Assembly: GCA_930990645.1 (NCBI GenBank)
Contig: CAKNQJ010000001.1
Location: 22,260-86,259 of the forward strand
Length of the DNA stretch: 64,000 nucleotides
DNA from: an uncultured Clostridium sp.
GTDB taxonomy: Bacteria; Bacillota; Clostridia; TANB77; CAG-508
Reading direction: 5' to 3'
In this document: in pieces, positions 33,586-43,060 of the stretch
Position numbering within the stretch: position 1 is the first letter of the stretch
Layout: the number at the start of each line of letters is the position of its first letter
Notes under the pieces: model-generated
The model's input: only the letters and a program-made list of their open reading frames with translations
Databases searched by the model: none
What the model was told of the DNA's origin: nothing
Translations under genes and position numbers: made by a program

Positions 33586-34881
33586 TTGAAGAACTTACAT
33601 TATAACAGAAATGTTAGTAACAATACGTACAATGTTGTGATTACAAGGAAGCACAAGACTAGTTGTATAAGAAGAATGTTTATGTTGTTAATAGCTATAA
33701 TTGTTTTCCTTACAAGTGCTTTTATTCTAAATGTAAACTATTCAAAAGCTGCCACCTTAGAGCCACAGGAAAATCAAAAAGTAGAATATAGAGCAACAGA
33801 ATTAAATAAAACAGATAATGGAAATCAGCTTATTATAGAAATATGGATACATAATCTTAACTTTAAAGGTATGGATTTAAGATTAGAGTATGATGAAAAT
33901 ATTTTAAAACCTTCAAATTTATCCACAAATGAAATCATTGATGTGAATAGTGAGCTTACAATTCCAAGCTGCTTTGAATTTACAAATGGATTTGGAGGAT
34001 ATCTTGACTACTTTGCTATGGAAATGTCAGATAATGAATATAGAGGCATTTTATCAATGGTAGGAAAAGATGACAGGACAGGTACTAACGAATATTTAGT
34101 AGAAGATGACGACATAGGAGATTATGTTTCAATAAATGGAGATGTGCTTCTTGCTAAATTAAGCTTTAATGTGGGAGATAGTACAAGAGAAAATATAAGT
34201 ACTCAAAGTTTAAGACTAAAAGAAGCTTCTACTTCACCACAAACAGGTATAAAGGTAAATGTAAATGGAACAGATTCGTACGAAGCACAAAAATTATTTG
34301 AATTTACACTCGATTTAGAGCCAGAAGTAGGGACAATAACAGGAAGCATACAACTTGGTGATGGCTTAAGAGAAAACATAGATGCATCATATGGGATTTA
34401 TGTGGAATATATAGCAAATGCTACTTTATATAAATCTGGACAATTTAACTGGGATGGAGTAGTCGAAGGAGAAACTTCACTTGAAGAATTGGACGGATTA
34501 GAGAAAATAGCACAAGTACAGACAAATAAAGATGATGGAAGTTTTAAAATAGAAGCTCCACCAGGAGAATATGATTTGCTATTAGAAAGAGAAGGATTTT
34601 TGGCATATATAATTACTGGAATCCAAGTAGAAATAAACGGAGACATTAATATAGGCAATAAAGTCTTATTAGAGGGAGATGTCGACAGAAGCGGAATAAT
34701 AGATCTAGACGATATAGTAGAAGTTACAAATGTTAGAGACGCAGTAGAAGGAAGCATTACATATAATGAAAAATATGACTTCGGACAAAAGGGCTTTATA
34801 TCTCTTGATGATATAGTTTCTACTACAAATAATAGAGATGAATTAATAAAAATTGAAAAATATGAGAAAGGGGAGGAATAG
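33586..34881 (+). CDS. Secreted protein with cohesin-like N-terminal domain, carboxypeptidase-regulatory-like beta-sandwich and C-terminal dockerin-like module
   Basis: I prefer TTG 33586 after GGAGGTGAG; the track start is 33529. Signal/TM MFMLLIAIIVFLTSAFILNVNYSKA. Cohesin-like features are IEIWIHNLNFKGMDLRLEYDENILKP and LLAKLSFNVGD. The dockerin-like part has EF-hand loops GDVDRSGIIDLDDIVEV and a degenerate DFGQKGFISLDDIVST. Confidence 0.7.
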   Translation: MKNLHYNRNVSNNTYNVVITRKHKTSCIRRMFMLLIAIIVFLTSAFILNVNYSKAATLEPQENQKVEYRATELNKTDNGNQLIIEIWIHNLNFKGMDLRLEYDENILKPSNLSTNEIIDVNSELTIPSCFEFTNGFGGYLDYFAMEMSDNEYRGILSMVGKDDRTGTNEYLVEDDDIGDYVSINGDVLLAKLSFNVGDSTRENISTQSLRLKEASTSPQTGIKVNVNGTDSYEAQKLFEFTLDLEPEVGTITGSIQLGDGLRENIDASYGIYVEYIANATLYKSGQFNWDGVVEGETSLEELDGLEKIAQVQTNKDDGSFKIEAPPGEYDLLLEREGFLAYIITGIQVEINGDINIGNKVLLEGDVDRSGIIDLDDIVEVTNVRDAVEGSITYNEKYDFGQKGFISLDDIVSTTNNRDELIKIEKYEKGEE

Positions 34882-34884
34882 AAG

Positions 34885-37800
34885 GTGAAAGGTCAGAAAA
34901 GAATTGCTTTAATAACAGTAATAATTATGTTAGTAAGTATGTTTTCACCATACACAGCATTAATTAATACAGTAAAAGCAGCAACAGGAACAATTGAAGA
35001 GAAGCCAGTAGTATTTAATAATCTTGGAATAACAACAAAAGGCAATAACAGAATACTTAAAGTACAGGTGGCAATTGCTTCCGAGGAAATAATAAACGGA
35101 TTGGATTTGAAATTTACAATTGATACAGATAGAATAGTTCCATGTAATAAAAATACAGGAACAGAAACAACAAACATGGCTATGGCTGCAGCACAAAATG
35201 CATATTATGCTGGTATGCTAACTAAAGAATATAATAATGGCATATATAGACTTACTGCAGTCGAAAACAAAGGTGGATTTAATATTATAGGAGAAGGATA
35301 TATACCAGGTGAAATGGGAGACCCAGAATTTGATGACCCAGGAGAAGGATTCGCAGGATATTATCCAATAATTGATTATTACTTTAAAGTCTTAGATGAC
35401 GATATTACAGAAGAAAATTTGCCAACAGATATATTTACATTAACATCTCAAACAGGAAGTTTACCAACAGGTTGTAAAATTGCATATATGGGACCAAGTG
35501 GTACAGAACAATTAAGTAAAGACCTTACAGAAATGTATTTCAAAGGTTTTGCAGAGCCTGACAAAGTAATAGAGTCAATAGCAGTTTCAATTAACCCAAA
35601 CGAAACAACATATGAGCATGGAGATACAGTTGACTTGACAGGTGGAAAAATAGAAATTACTTATGCAGATAAATCAACAGAAGAAATAGACATGATAAAT
35701 CCAGATGTAAAAATTGTATCTGGCTCACCAGCAGATGTAAATAATCCAAAAGTTACATTGGAATACAAAGGAAAAACATGTAGTTTTAATATTACAGTAA
35801 ATGATCCAATAGTCTCTTTAGAGGTTTCGAAACCTATGTCAGACTTAGAATATGACCATGGGGAAAACTTTGATTTTTCTGGTTTAGAGCTAACTGCAAC
35901 AAAATTAAGTGGAGCAACTGAAAAGCTAACTTTTGAAAGCGAAGGTGTTAGCATAAGCGAAACACAAGCAGATGTAAATTCACCAAACTTTACACAAACA
36001 TCGGACGAAGGAGATTTACCAGTAAAGGGTACACAAAAAATAACATTTACATATGAAGGCAAAACAGCATCCCAAACAGTTGTAGTAAATGATACAATTA
36101 CAGGAATAAACTTAATAAGTCAGCCAAATAAAAAAGTATATAAGTATGGCGAAAGTTTAGAGTTAGATGGAGCAAGTGTAAGAATCACTTTAGGAAGTGG
36201 AGCAAGTGCAAACATAGATTTACCAGATGGAAGTATTGAAGTTTCAGAGTACAATCCGACAATGACAGGTGCAAAGCAAAATCTAACCGTTAGCCTAAAT
36301 GGTATGCAAGCTGCAGATACAATAGATGTAGAAGCATATAACTATATAAAAGAAACTAAATTAACAGAGCCAAATAAAGCAGAATATAAATATGGAGAAG
36401 ATTTAAATTTAGCAGGAGGAAGATTAGCTCTTATCTGGGCAGATGGAAGGGTTACAAATGTAAATCTTTCAGAAGATATGGTTACAGGATATGATAAAAC
36501 ACAAATAAAATTGCAAGAGCTTACTGTAACATATGAAGCAAATTATGAATTATCAGATGGAAGTAGCATAAAAGATACTTTTAAACATACTTTTGAGGTT
36601 GAAGTTATAAATCAAATAGAGAGCATTGAAATTACACCACCAACTAAGACTATATTTAATCATGGAGAAAGTTTAAATTTAGAAGGTGGCTCAATAAAAG
36701 TTATTTATGCAGATGCAAGCTCAAGTACAGTAGATATTAACCAAGCTACAATAGCAGAAAGTGATGGCTCACCAGTAAATATGAGTCCAGACAGTTATGA
36801 TGCTACTAATAAAGTAAGCAAAACATTAAAAATAAAATATACAGAGGATGAAGTAACAGAAGAAATAGATTTCCCAATAGAAATAATAAATGATGTAAAA
36901 TCTATTGAAATGAAAACTCTTCCTCAAACACAGTATAATGTAAATGAAGCATTAAACTTAGAAAATGGAGAAATTTTAGTAACTAGAGCTCAAGGAGAGC
37001 CAGAAGTCATTAAACTATCTGACAGTAGAGTACAAGTTACAGGATTTGATAGTAGTACAGAAACAGACAATTTACTACTTACAGTAAAATTCACGGAAAA
37101 CGGAATTTCAAAAACAACAACATATAATGTAAGTATCAAAGATACTATAACAGGAATAGAGTTAATTTCGCAACCTAATAAAAAAGATTATAAATATGGA
37201 GAAAGCATCGATCTTGATGGAGCAATGATAGAAATTACAAAAGGAAGCGGAAAAACACAAATTGCAGTAGACAAAGGAATGATATCTTCATATAATCCAA
37301 ATCAATTAGGAGAACAACAATTAACAGTAACATATGAAGGACATGAAGCAGCAGACAAAATTATAGTAAATGTAAATGATTATGTAATAGGAATTAAAGT
37401 TACACCACCAACAAAAACAAACTACGAAAAAGATGAACAATTAGACCTATCAGGTGGTCTAGTAACAAGCATAATGGCAAGTGGAGAGCCAGGAGAAACT
37501 GTAGACTTAGAAGAAGATATGATTACAACAGAATTTGATTCTACAAAAGCTGGTCCACAAGAACTTACAGTAGAATATGGAGGCTTTACAGATACATTTA
37601 CAGTAACAGTAGCAGACTATATAACAGAAATTACTATAAATCAATCTCCAAAAACAGAATATAAATACGGAGAAGAATTAGGAACACCAGGAGGAAGCAT
37701 AACAATTCATTATCAATCAGGTGCAACGCAAGATGTAAATATCACACCAGATATGATTACAGATGCAGATGGAACACCATTTGATACAACAGATGTAACA

Positions 37801-40800
37801 TTTGAAGAAGGGGAGACTACAGCAAAGAAAGATGTAAAAGTAACATATGAAGGATTTGAAACAACATATGAAATTACAATTAAAGACTATATTGCAAAAG
37901 TGGAAATCATACCTCCAAGTAAAACAGAATACAAATATAATGAAGACCTAGATTTATCAGACGCAAAAGTAACAATTACAATGGCAAGTACCCCAGACGA
38001 GCCAATAGAAATACCAGTTACAAGCAATATGATAACAGGTTATGACAAAACACAATTAGAAGAGCAATCAGTAACAATAAAATATACAGATGATGAGGGA
38101 ACAGAACATACAAAACAGTTTGAAGTAAACGTGGTAGATGAAATATTAAGTATGGAACTAGAAGGAACTCCAAAAACAGACTATATTATAGGAGAAGATT
38201 TAGAACTATCTGGACTAAATGTATTAATACATAAATTATCTGGAGATGAAAGAGCTCCAGTAACAGAAGAAATGATATCTGGATATAACAAAGATGAAGA
38301 AGGCTCACAAACAGTAATAGTTACATACAATGAACAAGAAGTAGGAAGATTTGAAGTAAATGTGGCAAATCCAGTAGAAAGACTAGAATGGATTACGAAG
38401 CCAAAAACATCATATGTTATAGGTGATTTATTAGATGTTACAGGTGGAAAGTTTAAGGCAATTAAGAAAAATGGAGACGAAGAAGAAATCGACTTAACAG
38501 AGGGAATGGTATCTGGATTTAATTCATCAACAACAGGAGATAAAACCATAACAGTAACTTATGAAGAAAAAGAATTGACATATCAAATAACTGTAGTAGA
38601 TGTTATAACAGAAATAGAGATAAATGAAACACCAAAAAATAGATACAATTATGGAGAAGAACTAGGAACACCTGGTGGTTCAATTACAGTAAAATATCTA
38701 TCAGGAGCAAATAAAGTAGTAAATATTACACCTGATATGATTACAGACACAGATGGAACACCATTTGATACAACAGATATAACATTTGGAGAAGGACAAA
38801 CTACAGCAAACAAAATGCAAAAAGTAACATATGAAGAATTTGAAACAACATACGAAATTACAATAGTAAACAGTATAAAAGATATAAGACCAACAGAAGA
38901 ACCAAAGAAAAATTATGTAATAGGAGAAGAGTTCCAAGATGACTTAGTGCTAGAGGTAGAAAGAGAAGATGGAACTAAGGTAGAAATACCTGTAACAGAC
39001 GAAATGGTATCTGGATTTGATACAGATACAGAGGGTCCAAAAGAAATAACAATTACATATGAAGAAAACGGAATAGAAAAAGAATACACATATGAAATAA
39101 CTGTAACAGACAGAGTAAACAAAATAGAAATAACAAAAGACCCTAAAAAAGATTACAAATATGGTGAGGACCTAGTAGCAGGAGGAGAAATTACAGTAGA
39201 AAAAGCAAGTGGAGAAAGCGAAGTTATCACAATCACCCCAGAGATGATAACAGGATATGATAAAACACAGCTAGGATCACAAAATGTAACCATAAACTAT
39301 GGCGGACAAACAGTAGACTTTGAAATAACAGTATCTGACTATATTACGGGAGTAGTAATCACACCACCAAGTAAAGTAGAGTATGAGTATGGAGAAGACC
39401 TAGATTTATCAGACGCAAAAGTAACAATTACAATGGCAAGTACCTCAGACGAGCCAAAAGAAGTACCAGTTACAAGTGATATGATATCAGGCTATGATAA
39501 AACTAAAGTAGAATCTCAAACAGTAACAATAACATATAGAGATGATGAAGGAAAAGACCATACAAAAGAATTTGGTGTAACTGTAAAAGATAAAATAAAA
39601 TCAATCACTTTAGAAACAACAGGAGCTAAAACAGAATATAAATATGGAGAAAATATAGATTTAACAAATGTTAAAATGAATGTAGTATATGAAAGTGGTA
39701 ATATAGATGAAATACCAGTAAATACTGGAATGATTAGTGGTTACGATAGTGAAAAGTTAGGAAACCAAACTATTACAGTAGAATATGAAGACTTTACAGG
39801 AACTTTTGAAGTAACAGTAAAAGATTATTTGAAAGATATTAATTTAATACCACCTACAAAAAATGAATATAAAATAGGTGAAAGCTTAGATTTGACAGGT
39901 GGAAAGATTACTGAAATAATGGCTAGTGGAGCAAGTGGAATTTCTCTAGATTTAGCCCTAGATATGGTATCAGGATTTGATAGTAGCACCCCAGGCACTA
40001 AGAAAATTACTGTAACATATACAAAAGATGGAGAAACATATACAAAATATTTTGAAGTTTCAGTAATAAATTCTACTAACAAAATAGAAGTTATAGCACC
40101 TAATAAAACAGATTACAAATATGGTGAAGATTTAGACTTAACAGGTGGAAAAATAGTAATATCAAAAGTTGATGGAACAGAAGAAGAAAAAGAAATAACA
40201 AAAGATATGATTTCTGGATATGATAAAACAAGTCCAGGACAACAGGTAATTACTGTAACATATACAGACGAAAATAATGAAAAATTCACGGGCTCATTTA
40301 TTGTAAATGTAGGAGAAGACTATGTTGTAGGCTATGATTTTACTGCCCCAAGTAAAACAGACTACAAATATGGCGAAGAATTAGATCTAACAGGTGGAAA
40401 AATTACAGAAATAATGGCTAGTGGAAACAAAGGTAAAGTAACAGAAATAACAAAAGACATGGTATCTGGATATAACCCAGAAAAAGAGGGAACACAAGAG
40501 ATTACAGTTAAATATAATGGAAATACATATACTTATACTGTAACAGTAAAAGACGAAATCAAAGGTATTTCGATTAAGGAATACCCAGACAAATTAGAAT
40601 ACAAAAAAGGAGAAACATTAGATGTAACAGGAGGTATTCTAAATGTTGTAAAAGAAAGTGGAATTTACGAAGTAGAAATAACAAAAGATATGGTATCAGG
40701 ATATAATCCTAACAAAACAGGAATTCAAGTAATAACAGTTACTTATGAAGGATTTACAGCAGAATATATGGTGTATGTTGAAAAAGATGAAGAAATAACT

Positions 40801-41640
40801 CCTCCAATAGATACCCCAGACGATGGAGAAGATGATGACAACATTCCACCAACAGATAATCCTGATGATAATAACGGAAATAATAACAACAGCAACGATA
40901 ATAACAACAATAGTGGAAATAATAACAACAGCAACGATAATAACAACAATAGTGGAAATAATAACAACAGCAATGATAATAACAACAATAGTGGAAATAA
41001 TAACAACAGCAATGATAATAACAATAACAACAACAATGGAAACCATGGTACAACCCCAGGTACTAATGGCAACAATAGTAACAATAATAACAGCAATAGT
41101 AACAACATAAATAATAATGCAAATAACAATCAAACTAATAGCAATACAAATGAAAACGATAACAATGAAAACACAGAAGATAAAGAAGAGCAAAACAATC
41201 AAAATAGTCAAAATAATAATGAAAATATTCCTCCAATAATAGGAAATGTTGATGATAATACCCCACCATCAAACAATGCACAAGATTCTTTTAACGAAGG
41301 ATTTATAAGAGGAATAATGGCTGGTATAACAGGTTTAATAACCTTAGCCGGAATATTACTATTAATAATACTATTTATAAAAGACAGAAAGAATGTAAAA
41401 GTATACATTGAAGAAGGAAACGAAAGAGTTTTAGTAGGTAAAGAAAAAGTTACAAATGGTAACAGAAACATAGATTTAAATAAATACTATGACAAGTACA
41501 AAGAAGATGAATACAAAATTGTATTATCTAAGAATATTAGTAAAAAACTTGATAATAAAATAATAAATATTACGGTACATGATAAACATGAAAGAGTAAT
41601 AGTTGATTATCAAGACAAAGAATTTATAGTTAAAACTTAG
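34885..41640 (+). CDS. Giant surface protein (2251 aa): signal peptide, cohesin-like domain, 21 Big_3-type Ig-like domains, Asn-rich stalk, TM helix, 86-aa cytoplasmic tail
   Basis: GTG start 4 nt after the upstream stop, with RBS GGGAGGAA. There are 21 repeats of the pattern P.K..Y.YGE.LDL.GG.I...YA.G (~35550-40790). The N-rich region is 40800-41290, the TM GIMAGITGLITLAGILLLIILFI ~41311-41379 and the tail 41380-41637. Confidence 0.9.
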   Translation: MKGQKRIALITVIIMLVSMFSPYTALINTVKAATGTIEEKPVVFNNLGITTKGNNRILKVQVAIASEEIINGLDLKFTIDTDRIVPCNKNTGTETTNMAMAAAQNAYYAGMLTKEYNNGIYRLTAVENKGGFNIIGEGYIPGEMGDPEFDDPGEGFAGYYPIIDYYFKVLDDDITEENLPTDIFTLTSQTGSLPTGCKIAYMGPSGTEQLSKDLTEMYFKGFAEPDKVIESIAVSINPNETTYEHGDTVDLTGGKIEITYADKSTEEIDMINPDVKIVSGSPADVNNPKVTLEYKGKTCSFNITVNDPIVSLEVSKPMSDLEYDHGENFDFSGLELTATKLSGATEKLTFESEGVSISETQADVNSPNFTQTSDEGDLPVKGTQKITFTYEGKTASQTVVVNDTITGINLISQPNKKVYKYGESLELDGASVRITLGSGASANIDLPDGSIEVSEYNPTMTGAKQNLTVSLNGMQAADTIDVEAYNYIKETKLTEPNKAEYKYGEDLNLAGGRLALIWADGRVTNVNLSEDMVTGYDKTQIKLQELTVTYEANYELSDGSSIKDTFKHTFEVEVINQIESIEITPPTKTIFNHGESLNLEGGSIKVIYADASSSTVDINQATIAESDGSPVNMSPDSYDATNKVSKTLKIKYTEDEVTEEIDFPIEIINDVKSIEMKTLPQTQYNVNEALNLENGEILVTRAQGEPEVIKLSDSRVQVTGFDSSTETDNLLLTVKFTENGISKTTTYNVSIKDTITGIELISQPNKKDYKYGESIDLDGAMIEITKGSGKTQIAVDKGMISSYNPNQLGEQQLTVTYEGHEAADKIIVNVNDYVIGIKVTPPTKTNYEKDEQLDLSGGLVTSIMASGEPGETVDLEEDMITTEFDSTKAGPQELTVEYGGFTDTFTVTVADYITEITINQSPKTEYKYGEELGTPGGSITIHYQSGATQDVNITPDMITDADGTPFDTTDVTFEEGETTAKKDVKVTYEGFETTYEITIKDYIAKVEIIPPSKTEYKYNEDLDLSDAKVTITMASTPDEPIEIPVTSNMITGYDKTQLEEQSVTIKYTDDEGTEHTKQFEVNVVDEILSMELEGTPKTDYIIGEDLELSGLNVLIHKLSGDERAPVTEEMISGYNKDEEGSQTVIVTYNEQEVGRFEVNVANPVERLEWITKPKTSYVIGDLLDVTGGKFKAIKKNGDEEEIDLTEGMVSGFNSSTTGDKTITVTYEEKELTYQITVVDVITEIEINETPKNRYNYGEELGTPGGSITVKYLSGANKVVNITPDMITDTDGTPFDTTDITFGEGQTTANKMQKVTYEEFETTYEITIVNSIKDIRPTEEPKKNYVIGEEFQDDLVLEVEREDGTKVEIPVTDEMVSGFDTDTEGPKEITITYEENGIEKEYTYEITVTDRVNKIEITKDPKKDYKYGEDLVAGGEITVEKASGESEVITITPEMITGYDKTQLGSQNVTINYGGQTVDFEITVSDYITGVVITPPSKVEYEYGEDLDLSDAKVTITMASTSDEPKEVPVTSDMISGYDKTKVESQTVTITYRDDEGKDHTKEFGVTVKDKIKSITLETTGAKTEYKYGENIDLTNVKMNVVYESGNIDEIPVNTGMISGYDSEKLGNQTITVEYEDFTGTFEVTVKDYLKDINLIPPTKNEYKIGESLDLTGGKITEIMASGASGISLDLALDMVSGFDSSTPGTKKITVTYTKDGETYTKYFEVSVINSTNKIEVIAPNKTDYKYGEDLDLTGGKIVISKVDGTEEEKEITKDMISGYDKTSPGQQVITVTYTDENNEKFTGSFIVNVGEDYVVGYDFTAPSKTDYKYGEELDLTGGKITEIMASGNKGKVTEITKDMVSGYNPEKEGTQEITVKYNGNTYTYTVTVKDEIKGISIKEYPDKLEYKKGETLDVTGGILNVVKESGIYEVEITKDMVSGYNPNKTGIQVITVTYEGFTAEYMVYVEKDEEITPPIDTPDDGEDDDNIPPTDNPDDNNGNNNNSNDNNNNSGNNNNSNDNNNNSGNNNNSNDNNNNSGNNNNSNDNNNNNNNGNHGTTPGTNGNNSNNNNSNSNNINNNANNNQTNSNTNENDNNENTEDKEEQNNQNSQNNNENIPPIIGNVDDNTPPSNNAQDSFNEGFIRGIMAGITGLITLAGILLLIILFIKDRKNVKVYIEEGNERVLVGKEKVTNGNRNIDLNKYYDKYKEDEYKIVLSKNISKKLDNKIINITVHDKHERVIVDYQDKEFIVKT
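40876..41031 (+). repeat. 39-nt tandem repeat x4 inside the CDS (encodes GNNNNSNDNNNNS)
   Basis: The unit GGAAATAATAACAACAGCAA(C/T)GATAATAACAACAATAGT starts at 40876, 40915, 40954 and 40993 (the last is diverged). Confidence 0.8.
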
Positions 41641-41793
41641 AACAATTTATAACGCATTATAAATATTTTAAATGAATAAAGCAACGCATAAAATTAGACA
41701 TAATTTGTAACATTGAAGAATAAAAAAAAGCTAAAAATCGATTTTAAAGCAAATTACATCAATCTAGATTTGGGATGGAATGATGTAGCTGTA

Positions 41794-41905
41794 CAAGAAG
41801 AGTAGCCCCAAAAATACTCTTCTTGCATAGGAAATAGATAATCTTAAGTTAGGGATAGGATTATCTATCTAATGATAAAATCAGCCCCAAAATGATTTTA
41901 TCATT
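41794..41905 (+). other. Three consecutive perfect hairpins, two sharing the loop GCCCCAAAA
   Basis: Hairpin 1: CAAGAAGAGTA-GCCCCAAAAA-TACTCTTCTTG (41794-41825). Hairpin 2: ATAGATAATC...GATTATCTAT (41835-41868). Hairpin 3: AATGATAAAATCA-GCCCCAAAA-TGATTTTATCATT (41871-41905). Confidence 0.5.
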
Positions 41906-42048
41906 AGATTTATTAATTATGACCTAGAGAACTGTTTAGGTCTATTAAGAGACAATTGATAAGAAAAAAGACACAGCAAAAAACTAAAAATGTAATGTTT
42001 TAGTTTTATTTGCCGTGTCTTAATATAATTATAACGCTATTTTATAGT

Positions 42049-42300
42049 TTAAGTATTTAAGCTGGATAATTTATATAATTCAGATTCATAATAATTATAA
42101 GTATGTTTACCTATAATGTCAGAATAGTTTTTCATCTGTTTATCTTTACAGTATATGTCAACATTTTGACCATCTAAACTTATTGTAACATATCCCATAT
42201 ACTTTTTTTCATGTGATTTTCCAAATAATTTGCCTTGCATTGGACATAATTTAAAAATATCATAATGGTGCAAGTCAGTTTTATTAATAGAAAATTGCAT
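42049..42300 (-). CDS. Hypothetical small protein (83 aa)
   Basis: ORF with a weak RBS. A hairpin lies downstream (AAGACACAGCAAA...TTTGCCGTGTCTT, ~41968-42021). No family recognised. Confidence 0.4.
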   Translation of the reverse strand: MQFSINKTDLHHYDIFKLCPMQGKLFGKSHEKKYMGYVTISLDGQNVDIYCKDKQMKNYSDIIGKHTYNYYESELYKLSSLNT

Positions 42301-42474
42301 AAAAAATAAATCCTTTCAATAATTTTTTTAATTAGTTATGTTTAAAATAACTTGTAAATACTATATTATTATACCATACTTTACATAAAAAATGAAAACT
42401 ATTGAATTAATTAAAAAAATATAGTAAAATGCAAAAAGTTAGAACAAAATTTGAGGAAAGGAACGAAGGATAAA

Positions 42475-42882
42475 ATGGAAGATAAAGATGTAAAAACAAA
42501 AAAATTAAATAAAATAAATGAAATAAGAAAGATAAAAAGCAAGAAAATTATTATTATATCAATAATTTCAGTGATAATAATTGCATTTATAGCATTAATT
42601 TGTGTATATGCGTTAGATGCAACAAGAAATACTTTTGGAGGAAAAATATCATCTATATTCGAACAGGATAAAGACATAACTGAAGAAAAGGCTGTTACAA
42701 AGGCATTAGATAGATTTACTGAAATGGGAGAAGAAAATCTAATAACAAATGATTTAGAAGTTTTAAAAATAAATAGAAAAGGTGAGTATTACTACTATAT
42801 CTCATCGCCTCAGAATTCACTGGAAATACGTATTTCAGATGGGAAAATAGTAAGAGAAAATAGTGTGCTAGTAGAAGAATGA
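42475..42882 (+). CDS. Membrane-anchored PepSY-like domain protein
   Basis: I prefer ATG 42475; the track start is TTG 42451. It has a Lys-rich N-terminus, [25 protein letters not shown] and a PepSY-like ITEEKAVTKALD...YYYYISSPQNSLEIRISDGKIV. Confidence 0.6.
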   Translation: MEDKDVKTKKLNKINEIRKIKSKKIIIISIISVIIIAFIALICVYALDATRNTFGGKISSIFEQDKDITEEKAVTKALDRFTEMGEENLITNDLEVLKINRKGEYYYYISSPQNSLEIRISDGKIVRENSVLVEE

Positions 42883-43060
42883 CGCTCAAATCTTACGTAA
42901 ATAAGCAAGAGAGCCAATTTCTAACAACAAAAAACATACAAAAAAGGAACTTTACTAAAAAAATAAAGTTTCTTTTTTTGTGCGGAAAATCAAGGGTTTC
43001 AAAAATTATCCACAAAGTACATGAAAAATGTGAATAACTCCAACTTCAAAATATTACAAA

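Noticed and set aside
40696-41211. Four overlapping ORFs on both strands in the Asn-rich region (e.g. 40823..41110 +, 40743..41129 -).
   Set aside because: They are artefacts of the AAT/AAC-rich 39-nt tandem repeat, where any frame stays open. The frame of the 2251-aa protein is continuous through the region.
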